Positions 36,167 to 44,354 of a stretch of DNA of 44,354 nt are shown here, piece by piece. Below the pieces are notes generated by a model. That model ran no database searches and was not told the origin of the DNA. It saw only the letters and a program-made list of their open reading frames with translations. This DNA is from Vectrevirus LF31P3, in the sequence record OZ035776.1. One strand, written 5' to 3'. Both the position numbers and the translations under genes were made by a program. Position 1 is the stretch's first letter. Each line of letters begins with the position of its first letter.

Positions 36167-36912
36167 TGGCTATAGGTTCAGCCGTTATGGCTGGTATGTC
36201 TTCTATTGGTAGTATGTTTGCAGGTAGCGGTGCAGCAGCCGCTGCTGGGGGTACTGCCGCAGCAGCAGGAGGGACAGCCGCCGCAGGTGGCGGAGGTTTG
36301 CTTGGCTCCCTTGGTAGTTTCTTAGGAGGTTCTTCTGCTGGCTTCTCTAATGCAGGACTGCTTAGTGCAGGTATGCAAGGTCTTGGGCTTCTAGGCAATC
36401 TTTTTGGTGGAAGTGATGAAGCCAAAGCTATGAAGAAAGCTCAGGAGGAGCAATGGCGGCAGCAGTTAATTGCTACACAAGAAGCATATAAGACAGTAGC
36501 AGATGCAGAACGCTCTGCTGCTAAACAGTATCATGCGGATGCAATAAGCAATCAGGCTTCACTGCTACAGCAAAGAGCGCAGGTTGCACTACTTGCAGGT
36601 GCAACTGGCACTGGTGGTAACTCTGTATCTTCTATGCTGAATGACTTAGCAGCAGAGGGCGGGAGGAACCAGAGTACAATTATTGATAACTATGAGAATC
36701 AGAAGATTAACTTCACCAATCAGCTTAAGTCTATCCAGCGAGGTGGACAGATGCAGATGCGTGAGTTTAAGAAGCCTTCTGCCGTGAGCACCTTGGTGCA
36801 AGGTATACCGAGTCTGGCATCTGCCTATGTAACAGGCAGTAAGTCCGGCATGTCTTTAGGTAAAGCTTTAACTGATTCTCGTACATATTCATCTGGAACA
36901 AGAGGTATTTAA
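36166..36912 (+). CDS. internal virion protein (Gly/Ala-rich, gp13/14-like)
   Basis: 248 aa; aaggaggg before ATG; position. Confidence 0.6.
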   Translation: MAIGSAVMAGMSSIGSMFAGSGAAAAAGGTAAAAGGTAAAGGGGLLGSLGSFLGGSSAGFSNAGLLSAGMQGLGLLGNLFGGSDEAKAMKKAQEEQWRQQLIATQEAYKTVADAERSAAKQYHADAISNQASLLQQRAQVALLAGATGTGGNSVSSMLNDLAAEGGRNQSTIIDNYENQKINFTNQLKSIQRGGQMQMREFKKPSAVSTLVQGIPSLASAYVTGSKSGMSLGKALTDSRTYSSGTRGI

Positions 36913-39860
36913 TGGCAATTGAGCGACAAGCAGTACAAGGTCTGCCACAAGTGCAGGCCACTTCTCCTAATGTCATGACCTTTGCACCTCAGCGAGTTGG
37001 AGGTGTGGAGGCTGGCGTAGCTTCTACCTCCGGTAGTCGATTTATCGAAGACCTTATTCGAGCAGCCAGTAGTGTAGCTGATGTAACCACTGGTATCCTT
37101 AATCAAAAGATTGAGGAAGATAAGGTTGTTCAAATGGAACGGGCATATAACGGATTAATGCCTTCTGAGGATGCAACTCGTGGTGGCGCTCGTGCTAACA
37201 TGCTTGTCAAAGCTCAACTGCTAGCTAATGATGAAGCAGCACGAATGAAAGACATGGCTACTCGTTTCCAAGGAACGGATGACGAGTGGACACAACTTAT
37301 GGTTGACTCTCGTAATGAGATGCAGAATAAGCTGTTCCAGCAATACCCTGAGTTGCAAGGTGACAAAGATACTATGCGTATGGTCACTAATGTCTTCCAA
37401 GAACAGCAGCCTCAGATTTGGGCTACACGAACCCAGCATAAACTTGACCGTGAACAAGCAGACCGTGAGGATACCTTTGACGGGCGAGTGGCTTCTACTT
37501 GGGATTCTAATATTGACCCTGAAGCCTCTGGCTATGCTTTACAGGAACGAATCCGCGAAGGTCTTACTCAAGGATTACTACCTGAACAGATGCACAAGAA
37601 GTTAGTCCAGCGAGCAATTTCACTTGCACAAGGCGGTGATGTTAGCATGGCTGAAGCCCTGAAGTATGTGAAGGACGATAAGGGTGTTTCTGTTTATGCT
37701 AAGAATCCACAGCTTATCACAGCCATCACTAGTGGTAATGCAGTTTGGGCTAGGAATAATGTAGCTGATGTAACTCGTATGTCTTTCGAAGTTAAAGAAT
37801 CCTACCTTGCAGGTGATTTAACTGATGAAGAATTGTTGGAACGAGCACAGCACATTAATAATCTGACAGGTAACTCTGTCTTCTCTAATCCAGAGCTAGA
37901 GGCACTGATGCGCCAACGGGCTAAGCAGAATGCAGAGCTAGGTGCAATGCAGGATATGCGACGTGAGCTTTACTCCGACCGCCTGACTGGCTTCCAAGGT
38001 AAGACTGATAAAGAGAAGAAGGCTTACATTGATGTTATCAAACAGGATAGCCAACTTTATGCAGACCAGCAAATCAAACAACGTGGCTTGGACCCTTACA
38101 GTCAAGAGGCTGAAGCTATTCGTGGTGCAGTGGAAGTGCAGCGCCTGCAATTCATGAACTCCAAAGGCTTAGTGGATGATACCTTTGAGTCTCGTATCAA
38201 AGCCATGGAATCTATGCTATCGCCTGAGCACTTTGCCAAGGGCGAACCACAGGAGTTGATGACTATTCGCCAGTTGTGGGAACAGTTGCCAGAAGAGAGC
38301 CGAGGTGTCTTTGGTGACACGGTGAATGGCTACATGGATAACTACAACACTGCACTACAAATGGGAGAGACACCTTTGCAGGCTGCAAGGTTTGCGCGTG
38401 AAGCACAGCAGAAATTCTCTCGTACTGAGAAGGAAACCAAGAAGTTCAACTCAGCTATTGGAGATGCACTGGATGAGGTATCTGGTGCTGGCTGGTTTGA
38501 TGGTAAAACCGAAGTGTCAGACTTAGGTAAAGCTATTGCGGAAGAAGAGTTACGAGCTAAGGCCAATATGTTGTGGTCTAGTGGTATGCGTAACATGGAT
38601 TCTATCAAGAAGGCTTTAATTACTTGGGGCAATAAACGCTACACTCAATCAGAGGATGCAAAGACTTCCGGTGGCTATTTCATTAAAGGTGATTACACTT
38701 CTGCATCTGATATGCTTATGTCAGTTGGGAAAGGCGTAAACCCTACCGATGTACCTCTGGCGCTTGGTAGGTATGTAGAAACACAGATGCCAGAATTGAA
38801 GAAGGAGCTTCAAGAGTGGGAAACTAAAGATGATATATACATTGATTACAATGAACAGAAAGGTACTTTCGTGATTCGTGCTGGTGCAGCAGGTCGCCCT
38901 CTTTCTGGAGTAATCCCTGTAACCTCTTTAGATACCACTTCACTACTAGATTCTGCCTATCAGAAGAAAGTAGAGGAACGAGATAAAGGCGAGTATGTTC
39001 ACCCGTATCGTACAGATATTGGTGCACAAGAGCCTATGCCAGCTAAACCAACTGCCAAAGATATTGGTAAATTTGGACTAGCTAACTTCCTCATGTCTTC
39101 TGCTTTTGCTTCTGGCGAGAATCTGCCTTCTAACTTCGAGATTAACTACCGAGGTAATATGCAACAATTCTATGACAAGCTAGCTATGGATGAGAATAAA
39201 GATAAAGTTGGCTTTAATAAGGCAACTGGAACCTTTACTCCATATAAAGACGCTCACGGTGAGTCTATCGGTTACGGTCATTTCTTAACGGAAGAAGAGA
39301 AGCGAAACGGGTATATTAAGATTGGCGATGAACTAGTTCCCTATCGAGGGTCTATGTCTCAGCTTACAGAGAGCAAGGCTCGCGCTCTTATGGAGCAAGA
39401 TGCTAAGAAGCATGTGCCTCCTACTCGTGACTGGAAGATTCCGTTTGACCAGATGCACCCTGCACAGCAACGTGGCTTGATGGATTTAAGCTACAATTTA
39501 GGTAAAGGTGGAATCCAGAACTCACCGCGTGCTCTTGCTGCATTCAAAGCTGGTAAGCTTACGGAAGGCTTTATCGAAATGCTGGGCACTGCATCAAGTG
39601 AAGGTAAGCGTATTCCTGGTCTACTGAAGCGACGTGCTGAGGCATACAATATGGCATCTGCTGGTGGTGTGCCTAAGATTACCGAAGTGGAGACTCGTGA
39701 AGATGGCTCCATGTGGGTTAGGTTTGGTGGACCTATGCCAGCAGGTTCTGTCTCGGCCTGGACTCATAAACGTATTGGCGCGGATGGTTGGTATCAGGTT
39801 TATGAGTCTGCACCTACCAAGTTAGCTAAAGGTTCTAAGGTAGGTAAAGTTAAGTTGTAG
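36912..39860 (+). CDS. internal virion (ejection) protein with T4-lysozyme-like (GH24) domain
   Basis: C-terminal segment YKDAHGESIGYGHFLT ... GLLKRRAEAYNMA parallels the T4 lysozyme active-site region YKDTEGYYTIGIGHLLT. Confidence 0.75.
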   Translation: MAIERQAVQGLPQVQATSPNVMTFAPQRVGGVEAGVASTSGSRFIEDLIRAASSVADVTTGILNQKIEEDKVVQMERAYNGLMPSEDATRGGARANMLVKAQLLANDEAARMKDMATRFQGTDDEWTQLMVDSRNEMQNKLFQQYPELQGDKDTMRMVTNVFQEQQPQIWATRTQHKLDREQADREDTFDGRVASTWDSNIDPEASGYALQERIREGLTQGLLPEQMHKKLVQRAISLAQGGDVSMAEALKYVKDDKGVSVYAKNPQLITAITSGNAVWARNNVADVTRMSFEVKESYLAGDLTDEELLERAQHINNLTGNSVFSNPELEALMRQRAKQNAELGAMQDMRRELYSDRLTGFQGKTDKEKKAYIDVIKQDSQLYADQQIKQRGLDPYSQEAEAIRGAVEVQRLQFMNSKGLVDDTFESRIKAMESMLSPEHFAKGEPQELMTIRQLWEQLPEESRGVFGDTVNGYMDNYNTALQMGETPLQAARFAREAQQKFSRTEKETKKFNSAIGDALDEVSGAGWFDGKTEVSDLGKAIAEEELRAKANMLWSSGMRNMDSIKKALITWGNKRYTQSEDAKTSGGYFIKGDYTSASDMLMSVGKGVNPTDVPLALGRYVETQMPELKKELQEWETKDDIYIDYNEQKGTFVIRAGAAGRPLSGVIPVTSLDTTSLLDSAYQKKVEERDKGEYVHPYRTDIGAQEPMPAKPTAKDIGKFGLANFLMSSAFASGENLPSNFEINYRGNMQQFYDKLAMDENKDKVGFNKATGTFTPYKDAHGESIGYGHFLTEEEKRNGYIKIGDELVPYRGSMSQLTESKARALMEQDAKKHVPPTRDWKIPFDQMHPAQQRGLMDLSYNLGKGGIQNSPRALAAFKAGKLTEGFIEMLGTASSEGKRIPGLLKRRAEAYNMASAGGVPKITEVETREDGSMWVRFGGPMPAGSVSAWTHKRIGADGWYQVYESAPTKLAKGSKVGKVKL

Positions 39861-39877
39861 TACCTAACTCAAGGCTT

Positions 39878-39893
39878 GTCTCACATGTGAGAC
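39878..39893. repeat. perfect 16-bp palindrome GTCTCACATGTGAGAC (copy 5)
   Basis: Between the two large internal virion protein genes; flanks extend the stem. Confidence 0.9.
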
Positions 39894-39925
39894 AGGTCTT
39901 TATGATAGGCACTATGGAGGGAATT

Positions 39926-42900
39926 ATGGAACAAGACATTAAGACTAATTGGGCTGGATATGTCCAGTCTACTCCTGAGCCGTTTTCTATTGAGGCGGCT
40001 CCGGTATCGGCTCCTACGATACGCCAGCGTAATGAGTTACAAGAGCAAGTTCTTGAAGCTAAAGCTGACGCTGATATCTTAGGTGCTGTAGGTGCTGCCT
40101 TCCAGAATGAGTGGTTGGCATTCGGAGGCAAGAGGTGGTATGACCGTGCCACTGCTGATTTCACACCTCAACCAGACTTTGAGATACAACCTGAGCAACG
40201 TGAAGCACTGCGTTTCAAATATGGTACGGATATGATGCAGACAATCACTGAGGGTGTTCGTTCTGAGGATGAATTGAACTTCCGTATTCAGAATGCTGAT
40301 GAAGACCTTGAGCGCAATAAGCGCATTGCTCAGGCTGGCTGGGTTGGCTCTGTGGCGACGACTGGCGCTGCTGTGCTTGACCCTGTGGGATGGGTTGCCT
40401 CTATTCCAACCGGTGGTGCCGCTAAAGTTGGACTCGTAGGCCGTGCTGTGCGTGGCGCTATCGCCGCTGGCGTGAGTAATGCCGCTATTGAATCCGTATT
40501 GGTCCAAGGTGACATGACTCGTGATTTGGATGACATTATGGTAGCACTAGGTTCCGGTATGGCGATGGGTGGCGTTATTGGCGCTGTAGCGCGTGGTAGG
40601 GCCACTAAGCTCAGTGAGCAAGGGGATGACAGGGCTGCGAGCATTGTGCGCAGTGCAGACGCAGGGGACCGCTATGTGCGTGCTGTTGCTGATGATAGTA
40701 TCGGTGCGATGCGTGTTAAGGGTGAAGAGGTACTCACTGAGGGTGCATTTGATATCTCTAGCAAAGGTGAAGATTTGCTGAAAACCCTACAGCGGGAAGG
40801 TAATGCAATTGATATGACCCCTCGCCGCTGGGCCGGAACTCTGTCTGCCCTTGGTACTGTCGTACATTCCTCTCAGGATGCAAGTGTACGCGGCCTTGGT
40901 GCTCGCCTGTTTGAGTCCCCCCAAGGCTTAGGTATGCAGAAGGCATCTGCTAGTCTCATGCAGAATACTAACTTGAACCGTCTGAAATCTGCTGATATGA
41001 ATCGTTTCAACGATGGGTTCGATTTATGGCTCAAAGAGAATAATATCAACCCGGTTGCAGGTCATACTAACTCTCACTATGTGCAGCAATATAATGAGAA
41101 GGTATGGGAAGCTGTACGCATCGGTATGGATGAGTCTACGCCTAAGTCTATCCGTATGGCAGCAGAAGGGCAGCAAGCTATGTATCGTGAAGCATTAGCA
41201 TTACGTCAACGCTCTGGTGAAGCTGGGTTTGAAAAGGTTAAAGCAGATGATAAGTACATGCCTGATATTTTTGACAGTATGAAGGCTCGTCGTCAGTTCA
41301 GTATGCACGATAAAGAGGACATCATTGAGTTATTCTCTCGTGCATACCAGAATGGTTCTCGTAAGGTTCCAAAGGAAGTGGCTGATGATATTGCACGAGC
41401 ACAAGTAAACCGCGTTGCTGATGCCACCTTGACCGGACAGCTTAGCTTTGAAAAGGCTATGTCTGGTCAAACCAAAGCAGAATATGAAGCACTCATGCGC
41501 AAAGCAGGCTTTAGTGATGAAGAGATTGAAAAGATGGTAGAAGCTCTGGATAGTAAAGAAACCAGAGATAATATCTCTAACCGAGCTAAGATGAGTTTAG
41601 GCTTAGATGTTACTCAAGAGTACAATGGTATTCGTATTCGTGACTTTATGAACACTAACGTGGAAGAGTTAACAGATAACTACATGAAGGAAGCGGCAGG
41701 TGGTGCTGCCTTGGCTCGTCAAGGTTTCTCTACCTATCAGGCTGCACTTAATGCAATTGATCTTGTAGAGCGAAATGCACGAAATGCAGCTAAAGATACA
41801 AAAGCACACGCACAATTTGAAGCGGAGTCGGCTAAGATCCGTCAATCAGAGCCTGATTACAAGAAGGCACAAGAGAAGATTGAAGAGTTAAAGAAGCGAC
41901 TTAAATTGAAAGAGAAAGATGAAGCAGCAGGTCTGGCTATTGATGAAGAAATCCGTCAGATGCGAGAGGGGCTTCGCTTGATTATGGGTAAATCTATCGA
42001 TTCAAACCCACAAGATTTGTCTACTAAAATGCTGCGTCGTGGGCGTGACATTACAGGCGTACTTCGCTTAGGTCAGATGGGCTTCGCACAGCTAGGTGAA
42101 CTTGCTAACTTCATGGGTGAGTTTGGTATTGCTGCCACCACTATGGCTTTAGGTAAGCAATTCCGCTTCACCTCTAAGGCGTTGCGTAATGGCGATGGCT
42201 TCTTTCGAGATAAGAATTTAGCTGAGGTTGAGCGAATGGTAGGTTACATTGGTGAAGACAACTGGCTAACAACTAAGGGTGCGCGTCCAGATGAGTTTGG
42301 TGATGTAACCACAGTGCGAGGTATGATGGCCCATTTTGACCAGTCCATGAACTCTATACGACGTGCTCAGACAAACCTATCCCTCTTCCGCATGGCACAG
42401 GGTTCTCTGGAGCGAATGACCAATAGGCAAATAGCTTTGTCTTTCATTGACCACCTTGAAGGCAAGAAGATTATTCCTCAGAAGAAACTGGAGGAACTTG
42501 GTCTTACTCAGGAGTTCATGACTAACCTACAGAAGCACTATGATGCTAACTCTAAAGGTTCTGGCTTGCTTGGCTTTGATACAATGCCTTATGCCATGGG
42601 TGAAACTTTAGCTAATGCTATTCGTCGTAAGTCAGGTCTAATTATCCAACGTAACTTCATTGGTGATGAAGGTATCTGGATGAACAAAGCACTAGGTAAG
42701 ACATTTGCACAGCTTAAGTCATTCTCTCTTGTATCTGGTGAGAAGCAATTTGGTCGAGGGATTCGCCACGATAAGATTGGTCTAGCTAAGAAGACAGCCT
42801 TTGGCTTTGCTTTGGGTTCGATGGTGTATGCAGCGAAAGCCTATGTGAACTCTATTGGACGAGAAGACCAAGATGAATATCTGGAAGAGAAGTTATCGCC

Positions 42901-43234
42901 TAAAGGGTTGGCCTTTGGTGCAATGGGTATGATGAGTACAACTGCTGTATTTAGTCTAGGTGGAGATTTCTTAGGTGGCCTAGGTGTTCTGCCTTCTGAG
43001 TTAGTACAATCCCGTTATGAGGCTGGCTTTCAGACTAAGGGTTTGATAGACCAAATACCACTAGTAGGTGTTGGTCAAGATGCATATCGTTTAGCAGATT
43101 CTATAACTAAATACGCAGAGGGTGATACAGAAGGTGTAGATGTGGCACGTAGGGCTTTACGCTTAGTGCCTCTAGCTAATGTAATAGGAATCCAGAACGC
43201 ATTGCGTTATGGCTTAGATGAACTGGAGGATTAA
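39926..43234 (+). CDS. large internal virion protein (gp16-like core/ejection protein)
   Basis: About 1100 aa, Gly/Ala-rich hydrophobic stretch near N-terminus; ggagg before ATG at 39926. Confidence 0.75.
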   Translation: MEQDIKTNWAGYVQSTPEPFSIEAAPVSAPTIRQRNELQEQVLEAKADADILGAVGAAFQNEWLAFGGKRWYDRATADFTPQPDFEIQPEQREALRFKYGTDMMQTITEGVRSEDELNFRIQNADEDLERNKRIAQAGWVGSVATTGAAVLDPVGWVASIPTGGAAKVGLVGRAVRGAIAAGVSNAAIESVLVQGDMTRDLDDIMVALGSGMAMGGVIGAVARGRATKLSEQGDDRAASIVRSADAGDRYVRAVADDSIGAMRVKGEEVLTEGAFDISSKGEDLLKTLQREGNAIDMTPRRWAGTLSALGTVVHSSQDASVRGLGARLFESPQGLGMQKASASLMQNTNLNRLKSADMNRFNDGFDLWLKENNINPVAGHTNSHYVQQYNEKVWEAVRIGMDESTPKSIRMAAEGQQAMYREALALRQRSGEAGFEKVKADDKYMPDIFDSMKARRQFSMHDKEDIIELFSRAYQNGSRKVPKEVADDIARAQVNRVADATLTGQLSFEKAMSGQTKAEYEALMRKAGFSDEEIEKMVEALDSKETRDNISNRAKMSLGLDVTQEYNGIRIRDFMNTNVEELTDNYMKEAAGGAALARQGFSTYQAALNAIDLVERNARNAAKDTKAHAQFEAESAKIRQSEPDYKKAQEKIEELKKRLKLKEKDEAAGLAIDEEIRQMREGLRLIMGKSIDSNPQDLSTKMLRRGRDITGVLRLGQMGFAQLGELANFMGEFGIAATTMALGKQFRFTSKALRNGDGFFRDKNLAEVERMVGYIGEDNWLTTKGARPDEFGDVTTVRGMMAHFDQSMNSIRRAQTNLSLFRMAQGSLERMTNRQIALSFIDHLEGKKIIPQKKLEELGLTQEFMTNLQKHYDANSKGSGLLGFDTMPYAMGETLANAIRRKSGLIIQRNFIGDEGIWMNKALGKTFAQLKSFSLVSGEKQFGRGIRHDKIGLAKKTAFGFALGSMVYAAKAYVNSIGREDQDEYLEEKLSPKGLAFGAMGMMSTTAVFSLGGDFLGGLGVLPSELVQSRYEAGFQTKGLIDQIPLVGVGQDAYRLADSITKYAEGDTEGVDVARRALRLVPLANVIGIQNALRYGLDELED

Positions 43235-44196
43235 TGAGTTATACTTTCACAGAACATATAGCCAACGGTACGCAAGTAACCTATCCCTTTAGCTTTGCTG
43301 GTAGGGATAAAGGTTATCTTCGTGCCTCAGATGTGATAGTGGAGTCTCTTCAAGGTAACACTTGGATTGAGGTTACATCTGGCTGGCAACTAACTGGCAC
43401 GCACCAGATTACTTTTGATGTAGCACCAGTTGCAGGTTTGAAGTTCCGTATTCGAAGGGAAGTACAAAAGGAGTATCCATACGCTGAGTTTGACCGTGGT
43501 GTTACCTTGGATATGAAGTCTTTAAATGGTTCTTTCATTCATATACTGGAGATTACACAGGAGTTACTTGACGGGTTTTATCCAGAAGGATACTTCATTA
43601 AACAGAATGTAAGCTGGGGCGGCAATAAGATTACTGATTTGGCTGATGGCACAAATCCTGGAGATGCAGTAAATAAAGGGCAGCTTGATGCCATCGACAA
43701 GAAGCATACAGATTGGAACGCCAAACAGGACATTGAGATTGCTGGCCTTAAGGCTGGTATGACTTCTGATATTGCGCACAGAACTGTTCCTTGGTACACG
43801 ATAGCCAAAGGTGGTGAGATTTCCGTAAAACCACCTTATGAATTTCAAGATGCACTAGTTTTCCTTAATGGGGTATTGCAGCACCAAATTGTAGGCGCAT
43901 ACTCTATAAGCAACAACACTATCACTTTCGCAGAGCCGCTTGTGGCGGGTACAGAGGTGTATGTGCTGATTGGTAGTCGTGTGGCTACATCTGAACCTAA
44001 TATTCAGTTAGAGTTGAACTTTGACTTAGTAGAAGGTCAACAAGTAGTACAGATTGGCTCTGCATTTAAGTACATTGAGGTCTACCTTGATGGATTATTA
44101 CAACCTAAACTTGCTTATCAGGTAGACGGTGACATTGTTACTTTCTCAGAAAGAGTACCAGAATGCCGGATGACTGCTAAGATTATCACAGCATAA
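43234..44196 (+). CDS. tail fibre-like adaptor protein (T7 gp17 N-terminal-like)
   Basis: 320 aa; size and position fit the adaptor that anchors tailspikes in SP6/K1-5-type phages; TAATG overlap. Confidence 0.65.
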   Translation: MSYTFTEHIANGTQVTYPFSFAGRDKGYLRASDVIVESLQGNTWIEVTSGWQLTGTHQITFDVAPVAGLKFRIRREVQKEYPYAEFDRGVTLDMKSLNGSFIHILEITQELLDGFYPEGYFIKQNVSWGGNKITDLADGTNPGDAVNKGQLDAIDKKHTDWNAKQDIEIAGLKAGMTSDIAHRTVPWYTIAKGGEISVKPPYEFQDALVFLNGVLQHQIVGAYSISNNTITFAEPLVAGTEVYVLIGSRVATSEPNIQLELNFDLVEGQQVVQIGSAFKYIEVYLDGLLQPKLAYQVDGDIVTFSERVPECRMTAKIITA

Positions 44197-44205
44197 GGAG
44201 GTGGG

Positions 44206-44354
44206 ATGATTAACTCCGAACTGGTAGATAGTGGTGTGAAGCTTGCGCCACCTGCACTCGTATCAGGTGGGTACTTCCTCGGTATCAGTTGGGATAATTG
44301 GGTGTTAATAGCAACATTCATTTATACCGTGTTGCAAATTGGGGACTGGTTTTA
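44206..44354 (+). CDS. holin (T7 gp17.5-like), truncated at window end
   Basis: aaggaggtg before ATG; sequence GISWDNWVLIATFIYTVLQIGDW resembles the T7 class II holin as recalled. Confidence 0.6.
   Translation, partial: MINSELVDSGVKLAPPALVSGGYFLGISWDNWVLIATFIYTVLQIGDWF

Overview
The window is an essentially complete, circularly permuted genome (about 44.3 kb) of a T7-supergroup podophage of the SP6-like type. Evidence: a single-subunit RNA polymerase, 11 promoter-like sites sharing the SP6-type core GACACTATAGAA, tailspike genes placed after the terminase, and a gp17-N-like adaptor. All convincing genes are on the + strand. Order in the window: small and large terminase, two paralogous small genes, lysis cassette (M15-type endolysin, small membrane protein, overlapping Rz/Rz1-like spanins), two tailspike genes, a ~1.4 kb ORF-free terminal region, early genes including Ocr, RNAP, an origin-like double-promoter region, primase/helicase, DNAP, exonuclease, endo VII-like resolvase, metallophosphoesterase, ligase, portal, scaffold, capsid, tail tube A/B, three internal virion proteins, adaptor, and a holin truncated at the window end. 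No tRNA, integrase, repressor or CRISPR array was seen, so this looks strictly lytic. The main things worth a second look are (1) an anomalous G11 / ~97-nt poly-C pair flanking a diverged, amber-disrupted partial duplicate in the early region, (2) three rrn-type boxA elements in the early leaders, (3) a dispersed perfect 16-bp palindrome family, and (4) phased TAGGT repeats behind phage promoters, including an origin-like region between RNAP and primase. Everything is from reading the sequence; no database search, GC or codon statistic was computed.
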